Shown here piece after piece: positions 27,118-38,800 of a stretch of DNA of 64,000 bases. The translations under genes were made by a program, and so were the position numbers. The notes beneath the pieces are model-generated. The model was given only the letters and a program-made list of their open reading frames with translations, was not told where the DNA came from and did not search any database. The stretch lies in IMG/VR virus record IMGVR_UViG_3300024270_000002. One strand, written 5' to 3'. Each line of letters starts with the position of its first letter. The stretch's first letter is position 1. This DNA comes from a virus. Lineage: Duplodnaviria > Caudoviricetes.

Positions 27118-27978
27118 ATGCTGAATGAAACTAAGAGAGACCTTACGATGCAGGCTCGCAAACTTGTGAAGCCTTATGAACAGTACACTATCGATGAACT
27201 CGCAGATGCTTATTGCGATGCTGTCGATACCAATAACGAAACTCTTAAAGATATTTATATCTCGGCGCTTATTCTGCGCTTCTGGTATACTATTGATAAG
27301 ATGTACAAGGCGAATACTGTAGCACCTTGCCTTGATTACGAGGATTTCTTTGAGTGGCTCTATGAAGCAATCGAGTACGCTTGTAAGTACAGAGGTTGGA
27401 GAGATCCTTCTAAGAATCTCAATGCTCAGCAGTGTATCAATAAGTGCATTGATACCATCAAGCTTCAGAAGTACTACGACCTTCGTCTTGATAAGCGTAA
27501 GGCTGTAAACTACTGTACCAGTATGGATGCTCCTATCGGCGGCGAGGGCGACGATGCCTCTAAAACCTTGGGAGACATTCTTGAGGATGAAGACGGTGGC
27601 TATGATTCAAGCACTGATGATGTTATCATGCTCGTTCAGAGTTATATCAACCGCAATAAAATTATCGAAGCAATCTTGATTGACAACATTGCATTCAATG
27701 ATGTGCAGAAGCATTTTAAGAAGGTTGTTAAGTCTGAGACCGTGGACGGTGAGACGTTCAGATACACCGAGCATAGCTCTGAGTTCTGGCCGTATAAGCT
27801 GGTTCAGATCGTAAGTAAGCTTCCGGCTACATATAAGAAGTCCTTTATGAAGCGTTATAACATTTCCGAAGAGAAGCTGTCCGCCGTACTCGGCGTGATT
27901 GATAAGTCTACGAATCAGAAACTGTATCGCTATCTTGAGTCCTGCCTTACTGAACTCAGGACTTCTTATGCGATGTAA
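27118..27978 (+). CDS. Phage-encoded sigma-70-like factor (regions 2-3 recognisable)
   Basis: LILRF...DYEDFFEWLYEAIEYA (region 2-like) and SMDAPIGGEGDDASKTLGDILED (region 3.2-like). Confidence 0.65.
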   Translation: MLNETKRDLTMQARKLVKPYEQYTIDELADAYCDAVDTNNETLKDIYISALILRFWYTIDKMYKANTVAPCLDYEDFFEWLYEAIEYACKYRGWRDPSKNLNAQQCINKCIDTIKLQKYYDLRLDKRKAVNYCTSMDAPIGGEGDDASKTLGDILEDEDGGYDSSTDDVIMLVQSYINRNKIIEAILIDNIAFNDVQKHFKKVVKSETVDGETFRYTEHSSEFWPYKLVQIVSKLPATYKKSFMKRYNISEEKLSAVLGVIDKSTNQKLYRYLESCLTELRTSYAM

Positions 27979-28039
27979 AATTGTTAGGCCGGCTTAAACC
28001 CCGGCCTTTTCTATTGTATAATATAATAAGAAATGAAAC

Positions 28040-28753
28040 TTGGAGGATTTCAAATTGTACCTTGACCTATTTGATGAACTAAGATTAAATAAAAAATTGG
28101 TTAAACTTGCCGGCTTTGAGGTAGCCGCTTACTGGGCTGAGCTTCAGAGTATTCTTAAACAGGTAGTAAAGAAGCAAACAGCCGATGAGAAAGGATTCTT
28201 TACTCTGGACCGAGATTATGTAGAAAGAGAAACAACTCTTACAGTAATGAAGCAGCTCAAGTGCGAGGAGAAGCTTATTACTATGGGAGTAGTAATGAAA
28301 GATCCGGATAATCCTAATAGACTTGCTATCAGTGTTACTAACATGGTAGAGATCATTACCGATGAGGATACCACTAAGCTTAAGAAGAAGTCTGCTAATT
28401 CTGCTGACGCTAAAGCCGCTAAGGTTGCTGGTATTAAAGCAACTATGAAGAAAGCTATCTTGGAAGATGACCTAGAACTTCGAGCAGCCTACGAACGTTG
28501 GGTAGATGGTATGATAGATGCTGAGAACTGTAGGTTTACTAAAGCAGTTGTTCAGGTGTTTGAGAAGACAGTTACGCAGTATACCACGGATAAAGCTCTG
28601 CGACTTAAGATTATTGAGATTGCTACTACTAATAGCTACAAGGACGCAACTTGGGCAATTAACAGAATCTACAACCCCGGAAAGTTTACGCAGACTGCCA
28701 CTAAGCTTCCTGAGCAGAAGATTTGCACCGGCGTTTCTAACGAAGTATTTTAA
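28040..28753 (+). CDS. wHTH replication-initiator/replisome-organiser-like protein
   Basis: GFFTLDRDYVERETTLTVMKQLKCEEKLITMGVV resembles the N-termini of phage initiators. Confidence 0.5.
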   Translation: MEDFKLYLDLFDELRLNKKLVKLAGFEVAAYWAELQSILKQVVKKQTADEKGFFTLDRDYVERETTLTVMKQLKCEEKLITMGVVMKDPDNPNRLAISVTNMVEIITDEDTTKLKKKSANSADAKAAKVAGIKATMKKAILEDDLELRAAYERWVDGMIDAENCRFTKAVVQVFEKTVTQYTTDKALRLKIIEIATTNSYKDATWAINRIYNPGKFTQTATKLPEQKICTGVSNEVF

Positions 28754-28765
28754 GGAGGACCTAAT

Positions 28766-29059
28766 ATGGAAAACTACGTATCGATTAAACTTTGTCCTAT
28801 CTGTGGCGAAGTGCCGGAGAAAACCACTCAGAGCCTTGAGGGGCCGAATGGCAGAGGTTACCGTGGCTGTTATGCTTACCAGTATAAGTGTGAGTGCTGT
28901 AAGTTGATCAAAGGGACAGAGGTTACTGACATCTATGAGTCCGCTCAAGCGGCACAGAACCGTGCTAAAGTTGAGTGGAATGTAGAAGTAGAAAGAGTAC
29001 AGGGTTTCCTTGACCGCCAGTATGTGCTCAGAACCCTCGTTGAAAATAACGTAATTTAA
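28766..29059 (+). CDS. Lar-like (restriction alleviation) Zn-finger protein
   Basis: KLCPICG...CxCC...AKVEWN pattern. Confidence 0.5.
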   Translation: MENYVSIKLCPICGEVPEKTTQSLEGPNGRGYRGCYAYQYKCECCKLIKGTEVTDIYESAQAAQNRAKVEWNVEVERVQGFLDRQYVLRTLVENNVI

Positions 29060-29149
29060 TTATTTACAATTTCGTAATAATTTTATAATATCCAGTTAAT
29101 ATCTTCCCGGTATAATATATATGTCAGAAAAACTTAGGAGGATTTAGTT

Positions 29150-32100
29150 ATGGATACCGAACTTATGATGATTCAGATTACTCAGGACATGAATGAACTT
29201 GCAGAACAGTATGCTGGTGCAGCAAGTAATGAAAGACTTTGGGCAAAGGGCGCTCCTGATGCTGAGTCTGCTCAGATGCACGAACAGAACGCACTTCATA
29301 ATCATACTATGGCGCTGTTCTATGGTTACCTCGCAAGCAGAGCTCTCGACCTTGTAGAATCTTACATGGAGGACTGATTATGCCGACTATTACTGGAATT
29401 ACCTCAAGAGACCTGAGCCGTGAGCTTCTGTGCGAAGGCTATACTGCTAAAGTAGACTGCATGAACTTCTGGGACTCGCATGGTAAGCGTATTGAATACG
29501 CACCGACTCAGCATAAGTTCGACTCGCCTAAGAAATTCGAAATTTGGAAAGTTACCGGCGAGACTCATTACTCTACTCTTGACTATGTACATCAGTGGGA
29601 ATACTGGAAACTCTACATCGACGGCGAGCAACTCGACGTTGGTGAGATCATGAGCTATCGAATTCTTAAAACAAAAATTAAACTTGACGTCTGTGTAGGT
29701 GCAGGCTAATAATTGAACGGAGGAACACACTAATGAAGAAATCTAAATTTGTAGGTATGCAGGATGATCTGTGGGAGTGCGTACGTTGCGCAGTAGCTAC
29801 TGTACAAGGCACTCGCTGTAAGCGTAAGCGCACTGAGAATGGTAAGATGGCTAAGGCAAAGTCTCCCGGATCCAGACAGTACGAGTACGACTGGCGCCGT
29901 CCTACATCTGATGGTAAGGCATTTAAGTACATTACCTTGAATGCGCAGCAGACTGCGAGAGTGCGTAACGGCCTCGCTACGGTAGAAGAGTACGCGCAGA
30001 AGAAGGAAGCAAAGCGCTCTTTCAGACACCTCGAGAGAATCGACTACAGCTTTTGTGATTAATACATGAGAAAAGAAGAATTTCAGAAAATTATGTATGT
30101 GCTCGCGAAGCGTACTGAACTTTGCGAGCTTCACCTCGGAGACATACATACTACAGATGATCTGAGTAAACTCACTATTGCGACAGCTGCAGACCTGAAG
30201 AACTTCTGTATCGCAGAAGAAGAAGTCATGACTAAGATAGTTATGGTTGACCTTTATCATATAATTGGTATGGGAGAGCTTACCCCTCCGCAGATGATGA
30301 AGTTTACTTATGCTATTCAGAAGTACCTCCAGTATCGTCCTACTATCAAAGCGATTGCTAAATATCTTGATAGTATCTTCGAGTTGCCGAAGATTCCTGT
30401 AGCAACACAGTATAAGCTTATGGGACTCGGAGACCTTACTCTGACTTCAGGGGTTGGAGAGACCGTAGTTGACGCGGCATCTGTAGAAGATTATAAGCCG
30501 GCAAATGGACGGACTCTTGGACAATCCCTTCTACCTTTCCGAGTTGAGGGAAGACAGATTAGAGTAGACATGACTCAGTTCGATTTCTTCGTGACCCTCA
30601 TGACAAACCTCTTCAAGTCTCCGCTCTCAGTAGATAACTTCAGAAAGAAGATTACTACTAAGGGAGAGTATCTTGGAATTGAGTGGACTACTTATGACGG
30701 GTACGAAGCAGTCGGTCAGATTAAGTCTGCTGAGTCTTTTGCAAAGCTTTCCGGGTATTATAACAATCGAAAATAATATTATATAAAACAGCCAGAGCGA
30801 GGATGAAAAATTTCCAAAACTCTGGCTGTTTTGTCAATTTACAAATGGACGATTTTGTGATATAATATATATGTAATCAAGAGTACATAATTTGGAGGAA
30901 AGAAAATGATTAAGGTTGAAGGTTACAAAGCATTTCACGGTGATATGAGGATTACCCCTAAGAACGGACTTTATCCTGCTTTCTACATCTGTAATAAGGA
31001 CTGGCTCTACAAGCCGGACACTGATTGCTGGTATGGCAATGGGCAGTCTTTCCCTGCTGAAATTTGCGAAGTTATTTCTATGAAGATTTAAGGAGGCTAC
31101 AAAAGATGAAAAAGATTATGATGACTAAGTACGGATTCGTTCGTTGCCCTGAAGAGGACTTCTCTGACGACGGTAACAGATTTCAGGCTTATAAAGTAGG
31201 TAGAGTGCGAGTAACTAAACTCGTATCTGACGGTGAAGCATATATCGACGGCGATATTAATGACGGTAAGCTTCCCTATGAAGTTTATTCCAAGCTTCCT
31301 CACTATGTATTTTGTGGTAAGCTGAACGGAGTACCCGCTGCTGCTCTCACTGACGAGGACCTTCAGGAACTCTATGAAAGTTGTCAGGCTTATGATAAGG
31401 AGTACACTGATGCTGAGAACTCTATTCAGTATCCTACTGAGCTCGAGCTTCAGCGCAAGTGCAACCATATTCAAGCAAAGCTTATTAAGGAAATGAATGA
31501 GCTTGAGCAGCTGTTGGGCAACTATGCTATCGAGGCAGCTACTAAGTTTGCTAAATGGGAGTGGCAGCAACTTCAGGAGTATCTTAAGAATATGCTTCAG
31601 AAGCTTAGCCAGTATAATCCTGATAAGTTTATTCCTGCTATTCTCGGAACTGCTATAAGCTTTACCTTCCTTGCAAATAAAGAGGACACTGAGCCTACAT
31701 ATTATTATTCGTATATCAAAGAAATGTTTAAGAAGCATTCGATTATTTAATCCGCAGGCAAAGTACACAGAAAAATAAATAAACTCTGTGTGCTTTGTCA
31801 GTTTACAAATCAATCAAAACGTGGTATAATATATATGTAAGTTAATGATACGGAGGATAAAAATATGAGAAAAGACGTCACAGGCTATGCCGCATTTGAA
31901 AAAGAAACAGGTAAAGCAATTACTATTTCTTTTGGAATTACAAACCGGCTTTCCCTTACAGATGACCCTCTCAAGGTAGAACTTGCACCTACCAAGGAGC
32001 AGGCAGAGATCTATGTAATCTGGTTTAACAATAGCCACAAGAACAAGAAGGAATTTGAAATCAAGCCTGCAGTGAGAGTTATTGAGCTCTCGGCACTCGA

Positions 32101-32805
32101 AGACTAAGGAGGATAAAAATATGCGTTGTGCAAACTGTGAAAAAACCGGAGGAGAATTCCTTAAGACTGCTTACGGGGACTTTCTCTGTGAAGACTGCTG
32201 GGACGACTACATCTGTTCAGACGCCGGCAGACTTGAATACTTGATCGGCATCTGTTATGGTGAGCTTCCGCTGGAAGAGTTCGATGCAGACTTTCTTTAT
32301 GAAGTAGCGAAGAGCTACAGACTCAATTACGAGAAGCTTGACCTTACTGCTGAGCAGCTTACTGAGATCGAACAGAAGGCTATGGCCCTTGGAATTCTTT
32401 GAGGAGGAGCTTATGTCTACTAATAGCGGAATTGCTCTCAGAGCCGGTGAAACTTTTACTACTATCTATTGTCATTGGAATGGACATCCTAAGGATATGC
32501 TTCCCATTCTGATGGAGCACTATAATTCCTTTGAGCTCGCAAACAAACTCATCAGTATGGGAGATGCTTCTATCATTGAAGCAAAGATTGATCCTGATCC
32601 TGCGAAGCCCCACGACTTCGACAACTATCAAGAAGATGTATGTGTCTTCTATCATAGAGACAGAGGAGACGACTGGCTTAGTTGCCAACCTGCCTGCTAC
32701 ACAAAATCAGAATTGTTTAAGGTTCCGGCTTTTGATTACGTCTATATCTTCGAAGATGGAACTTGGAATGCATATAATATGAACGGAGGAAAAATTAAGG
32801 TATGA
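29150..32805 (+). other. Cluster of small, mostly early hypothetical CDSs (29150, 29380, 29733, 30066, 30906, 31106, 31865, 32121, 32413)
   Basis: Tightly packed + strand ORFs, most with a GGAGG RBS. 32413 carries the widespread phage IYCHWxGxP motif. Confidence 0.7.
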
Positions 32806-34109
32806 GAACGCTTCAGCACTTTAACGAATTCGTAAAGGAGATTACCTCCAGCGGCTCTAAGAAGTTTAAGCAGTCGGTGCTGCAGAAATATAAGGATGAT
32901 GAGGTAATTCAGAAGTACCTCAAGATCGCTTTTGACCCTTATACTGTCTATGGAATTAGCTATAAGAAGCTGTCTACTCAGATTAGGTCGGCGTCTAATT
33001 ATATCCCTAGAACAAAGTCTGTCTTCGAGTTGTTTGATTACCTTGCAGTACATAACACCGGCACTTTTGATGATATTCTGGAGTGCTGTAATGCTTTGGA
33101 GGCAGTTGCTACAGTAGACCAGGAGTCGTCATTTCTTCTTACTAAGCTTATCTGTAAAGATTTGAGTATCGGCGTCGAGGCAAAGACTATCAATAGCGTA
33201 ATTCCTTGTTTGATTCCTACTTTCGATGTACAGCTGGCGAATAAGTACTTCGATAAGCCGGAGTATGTAGAAGGAAAGGATTTCGCTATCACAACTAAGA
33301 TTGACGGCGGTCGTATTATTGCTCTTAAGGAAAACGGGCAAGTTTCGTTTTATACTCGTGCTGGTCAGAGATATGAAGGTCTTGTTGATCTTGAGCATGA
33401 GATGCTTGAGAAACTTCCTAACGGACTTTGTCTTGACGGCGAGATTACTATCTTTGATAACAAGGGCATCCCTTCTAAGGAAGCATATAAGAGAGCAATG
33501 AAGATTACGAGATCAGATGGTGAAAAGCATGGACTTAAGATGATCTGTTTTGACTGCATGCTCGCTGAGGAGTTTAGAGCACAAAGATGCGAAAGAACTT
33601 GGGAGGAGCGTAGACAGATGCTGAGTAATGTTATGGCTAGTGCATCTGGTGGTCTTATGTACTTCGAGCCTCTTCCTGTTCTCTATATGGGGCAGGATAC
33701 TTCTAAGATTACCGAACTTCTTGATGAAGCAATCGCTAACAAGGAAGAAGGCATTATGATCAATATTGCTCTCGCACCCTATGAGTTTAAGAGAACTAAC
33801 TTCCTCCTTAAGGTTAAGAAGATGTCCACTCTTGATCTCGAGATCGTTGGATACGAGGAAGGTAGTGGCAGACTTGCCGGTACTCTCGGTGCAATCCACG
33901 TAAGATACAAAGATGGCAATATCGTTAAGGTCGGTTCCGGTTTCTCTGATGAGCTCAGAGCACTCATCTGGCTCGAGCCTTCTGACTTCGTCGGAAAGGT
34001 AGCGGAAATTTCCTATTTTGAAGAAACCACAAATGCAAATGGTGGAATTTCGCTTCGCTTCCCGATCTTCAAAGATTTCAGACCCGATAAGCTTGAGGCT
34101 GATTTCTAA
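32802..34109 (+). CDS. lig: ATP-dependent DNA ligase
   Basis: KIDGGR (motif I), LDGEI, EGIMI, LLKVK, VGSGFS and LRFP motifs. Confidence 0.95.
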   Translation: MRTLQHFNEFVKEITSSGSKKFKQSVLQKYKDDEVIQKYLKIAFDPYTVYGISYKKLSTQIRSASNYIPRTKSVFELFDYLAVHNTGTFDDILECCNALEAVATVDQESSFLLTKLICKDLSIGVEAKTINSVIPCLIPTFDVQLANKYFDKPEYVEGKDFAITTKIDGGRIIALKENGQVSFYTRAGQRYEGLVDLEHEMLEKLPNGLCLDGEITIFDNKGIPSKEAYKRAMKITRSDGEKHGLKMICFDCMLAEEFRAQRCERTWEERRQMLSNVMASASGGLMYFEPLPVLYMGQDTSKITELLDEAIANKEEGIMINIALAPYEFKRTNFLLKVKKMSTLDLEIVGYEEGSGRLAGTLGAIHVRYKDGNIVKVGSGFSDELRALIWLEPSDFVGKVAEISYFEETTNANGGISLRFPIFKDFRPDKLEADF

Positions 34110-34177
34110 TAAATTATCAATTTAATAAATTATTAAATAACTGTACATTTATATATTTTACGAAAGAGGAACTTGCT

Positions 34178-35038
34178 ATGACTACTTATGAGACCCTTGG
34201 CTATGAAACTTCTGAAGCACTTCGCAATGCTATCAACTCCGATCTCGCTGCACTTGCTTACCCTTATGCTGTTAAGCATAGAACTTACGGAGAAGGTCAG
34301 CTTACCTTTGTTAAGGCACCTTTGACTGGTGGAAGCTTGTATGCTACTATCGATTTCGCTGCCGGCACGAAGACCATTTCTCTTGATATGGCATTTGCGA
34401 ACAATCTTCTCGAGATGCCTGAAATTCTTTTTGACACTCTTCTCGAACTCCAGACTACGTTTAAGTCAGACTTTATCGAACGTGAGCAGGCTCAGCGGCT
34501 TGCAGACCGCCAAGCACGTGAGCAGGCGCACGAAGCTGAGAAGAAAGCAGCTGAAGAAAAGAAAGTTGAGAAGAAGTATGAAGCTACAAAAGCAAAGGCG
34601 ATCAAAGACTTCGAAGACCTCTCTAAGACTGTGATGCCTACGAGCACTACCAACGAGTTCTATTACTCTCTCGGTTACATTGTAAAGCATGCAGGTACTG
34701 TGAGTGCTGCTCTGCCTGACTATCTCGAAGGTGCCTTTAAGAAGTACTTTGGTTCGGAAGCACCTTGTCGCGTGGTTGACTCTAAGAAGAAAGGACCTGC
34801 CGGTTACACTTCTCAGTGGACTTGGTCGTTTGGTATTTCGCTTAAGAAGCCTGAGCTTATTCCTGCCTTTCTTCAGGACAAGCTTAATCCTACCGGAAAG
34901 TCTATCACGGATACTTCTTTCGTCTGGGACCTCGTAGATAACTACGGTTTTCAGTTCGGTAAGAAGCAGGACGTAAAAAAGATCAGAAGCCACGTACCTG
35001 CTGACTGCCTTGCATCTTTCGAAGCTGGTCTCGCATAA
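34178..35038 (+). CDS. Hypothetical protein with a central coiled coil
   Basis: 286 aa; GAGGA RBS. Confidence 0.7.
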   Translation: MTTYETLGYETSEALRNAINSDLAALAYPYAVKHRTYGEGQLTFVKAPLTGGSLYATIDFAAGTKTISLDMAFANNLLEMPEILFDTLLELQTTFKSDFIEREQAQRLADRQAREQAHEAEKKAAEEKKVEKKYEATKAKAIKDFEDLSKTVMPTSTTNEFYYSLGYIVKHAGTVSAALPDYLEGAFKKYFGSEAPCRVVDSKKKGPAGYTSQWTWSFGISLKKPELIPAFLQDKLNPTGKSITDTSFVWDLVDNYGFQFGKKQDVKKIRSHVPADCLASFEAGLA

Positions 35039-35125
35039 TTAGAAAACTAACGGGTAAATTTAATGCTAAATTATTTAGTATTAAATTTACCCAAATTTTA
35101 ATAATAACGTAAGGAGATTATACTT

Positions 35126-35704
35126 ATGTCAGTAATAGAGAATTTTAATGTTTTATCAGAAACAGAGCTTGAGCAGTTTGCTGTAAAACTTTTGGAAAAG
35201 ATTAACTCTGAAAGTATCTTTATTTCAGATACAAAGTTTGAGTTATCTTTCGTGGAAACAAGTGACCTTACTGGTAACTTGTATATTGGTGTTGAATACG
35301 CTAAGTTTATTGATGTTCCGCGTGATGCATCTTGGCAAGTCGGAGATGAGGATGAAGCATATTCACCCGACCTTTCATACGTAGACTACTATGACACTAT
35401 CTCTGAGGACGCAAAGAAAGTATTTAAGACTCTTTCTACTGTTATCGATGGATACAAGGTTTCGGTAGAAATCGATGATGTATATGCAGAGGATGTCGTT
35501 GACATTGACGTTGATACAACTAGTCACGAAGATGGCGGTATTGGACATTATGAGTACTGGGGGGAATTTGGCTACGATTCACGTCCGTACGTAGAAGTCG
35601 AAGGTACTATAACTGCTGCGTGCAATATTATGTTTTCTTTTGTAGTTGAGCCTGAAACTACTGCACCTGAATCAGTAATTGACGACGAAACCGAAGAAAA
35701 CTAA
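35126..35704 (+). CDS. Acidic late protein, putative internal head protein
   Basis: GCTAAATTA at 35065; N-terminal VIE/LSE motifs. Confidence 0.55.
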   Translation: MSVIENFNVLSETELEQFAVKLLEKINSESIFISDTKFELSFVETSDLTGNLYIGVEYAKFIDVPRDASWQVGDEDEAYSPDLSYVDYYDTISEDAKKVFKTLSTVIDGYKVSVEIDDVYAEDVVDIDVDTTSHEDGGIGHYEYWGEFGYDSRPYVEVEGTITAACNIMFSFVVEPETTAPESVIDDETEEN

Positions 35705-35879
35705 ATAATAATAGAAGAGCTTTGAAACATCAAAAATTTCATAGCTCTTTTTTATTTGCAGTTTGTTTACAAAATATAACAAATTTCGTAACACATTATT
35801 TTTTAAGTGTGATATAATATATAATGTAAGAACGAATGAGTCTTACGTAATATTTATTTTACGAAAGAAGAAAAGGACA

Positions 35880-38800
35880 ATGAAAGATACTATTAACCTT
35901 ACCAAAGTAAACGGCTGCTACACTAAGATGCTCATCGAAAACATTGAGACTATCTACAAGTACGCTAACGACGACTACACTACCAAAGACGAACTTGAGT
36001 CTTGGATCCTTGAGCTCATTAAGCCTGCGTTCTTTAATAAAGATGCAAAGCCCCGGTTCATCCACCATCTTCGTAACTGCAGAACTAAGAAAGCGATTCT
36101 TCAACTTTGTTTGAACGCAATCGCAAACGCAGTAGAATACGAAGTGGCCTAAGTGCCACTTCTCAAATTAAGGAGGACAGCTAATATGGACGTAAGAAAG
36201 GCAACTAATAAAATTCTCGAGATGATCGATGAGTGCGTTCTCGATCCTAAAGACGTTGTGATGATGTGTCTTAAGCGGATGTCTGAAGATGAAGTTGAAG
36301 AAATGCTTGATGCCAATGGAATTGAGTTTGACTATGAAGAAGAGGAGTATGAAAAACCCGAAGAGCTTGATCCTTGGCATGTTCTTGTACGTTATTCTAA
36401 TGAGGAAGCTTGGAGACTTTATGCCAGCTGCCCCACAGAAGAATATGCTCAACAAATGGAGGCTACTCTTGTGAAGTGCTCCAAAGTAGTTATCTATACT
36501 CAGATCTTCTATAGCCCAGAAACGCCAAACTACAAAAGTATTAGCGTTGAAGAAATTATAGAAATTGAAAGGAGAATGAGAAGATGACTGAGAAGTTTGA
36601 TTACCTTTTGTTCGCCGGCAAAACTAAAGATGACCTCCAGCCTGCTTGTGCGTACAAGAACAAAGAAGATGCTATCGAAGCCGCGAAAAGACTTGAGGCA
36701 GAGAAGATTTCTGGTATGAAGTGCATTGAAGTAACCTTTATGCCTGAAGACGACGATGATATCAACGAAGTAGTTTGGTCTAACTGCGGACGTAAATAAT
36801 TTTACATATTCACAATTCGTTTACATTTATATAATACCCACGTAATAATTGTGTTGTATAATATAAATGTAAACGAAACTTGGAGGATTACAAAAGATGC
36901 TTAATTATAAGTATAAGGTAGGAAACTACGTAAAATTCAAATCTAAGTTCACTAATCCTTCCTGCGGACTCGTGGAGAAAGCAGGAACAGTTGCGAGAAT
37001 TACAGGCTTCGCTCCGCCCTATAACGACAAGCCTCATTATTATATTAACGGAGTCAAGGATGAAGTCTTCCCTGAAACTGTATTCGAGAGGCTCGCCACG
37101 ATGGCTGACCTTCGTGCAGAGGCAGGTGGAGACCCTGAGGTAGCTACTATACTTTATATGGCCTTGAATTCATAATTAACATCAGAGAGGAATTAAAGAG
37201 ATGAGAAACATCACATATAAGTATAACGTAGGCGATACTGTAGAACTTAAGCCTAAGCATTATCATTGGGCTGATGTTATGGGTACTAAGGTACTTATAA
37301 CTGCTGCAGAGATTGTTGAGAGAAGGGATTACAACGGTCCTGCCTATGCTCTTGGCGGTTGTGCAGGCTTCTATAAAGAGAACTGTTTTGTAGGTCTCGC
37401 TTCTGAGGCTTCCAAAAACTCGCTGTGCCGCGACGAAGTAGTAGGGGTTGATACTTTGCAGGGCCCTGAGACAAAATGCGATACAGGAGATTCTGGTGAG
37501 TCTGAGCTTGAGGTTCTTCCTCTTGAGGAAGCCAAGTGGTACAGAATTTCTTTCTCTGCTAAGCTTACCCCTGATGACCTGAGAGCAATGAAGAAATGTT
37601 TCTTCGATGCTATGAACACGAGTATGGAAATTTATGATCTTGAAAATCTTGTAATCGAGGAGGCTTAAGATGAAGACTAAAGGAAATTGGGTAATCAAAA
37701 CTTCTGGTGGGCTTTACTGGTGTGGTGCTAACCTCTTCGATGAGCAGATCAGAAAAGCGCAGATTTACCACTGGAAAGAAAAGGCAGAAGAACAGGCTAC
37801 TTGGATCTGGAAGAGAAATAAGATTTCAGAAGACGTAACTTGGGAAGTTATCGCAGTAGTCGAACCTAAGGAACTCAAGGATACTGAAGCTGAGTGGATC
37901 TTCCACGAAGATAACTTCTTTTATACTTGTTCTAACTGCGAGTATGCCGCCTTGAACGATTACTCTGGAACGAGTACGGATTCTAAGTTCTGCCCACATT
38001 GTGGAAAAAGAATGATTAACTCTACTATGCCGGAGGACGAATAATGAAAGACAAAGATCTTCGTAAATTAGAGTTGGCTGCGGTTAATAAGTTTGCAGAT
38101 AAGATTCGTAATTATTTATTTGAGCGGATAGATGAGTGCGACAACATGACTGCTGAAGATCCAATTTGGGTGAACAGACTTAAGTGGTCAAGGGAAGCCA
38201 CTGTTATATTTATAAATGAATGTTTATCTGAATTAGCAGATGAGATGACTGAGGAGGACGACGAATGATGACAGCAAAAGAAGCGAGAGCCGCAACTAAC
38301 GACAGACTCGTAGTTATGGCTAAAGAGTTTATTATCAACAATACCGGAATCCCAATTCAAGATGCAATCAACAACGGACACTTCAATACTACAGTAAGTT
38401 TCGAGGGAGTTCCTAATCCTGAGAAAGCCGGAGCTGAAGTAGTAAGACAGCTTGAGGAGCAGGGCTTCGAAGCAGAGCACGTTTACTATGACGGACCTAA
38501 CGGTTACGACAACTACATTCTGATTAAGTGGGAGGACTAATAATGAAAGTTAAAGTTTATAAAGTAAGTTTAAAGAAAGACCACAGCATCTGGTACCTCG
38601 TAGATGCTCCCAGCAAGAGAATAGCAAAATGGTGCGGAGCCGCGTTGTATAATAATGAGTACATGGGCTTTCGTACTAATAAAGATATGGAAGTAGAAAG
38701 ATTTACATACGAGGAGAACTAATATGAAAAAGAAAGTAACGATGACTTGTATCCTCAAGTCCGGGGTTGTAGTAAAGGATACAGTAAAGATAGATAAGAA

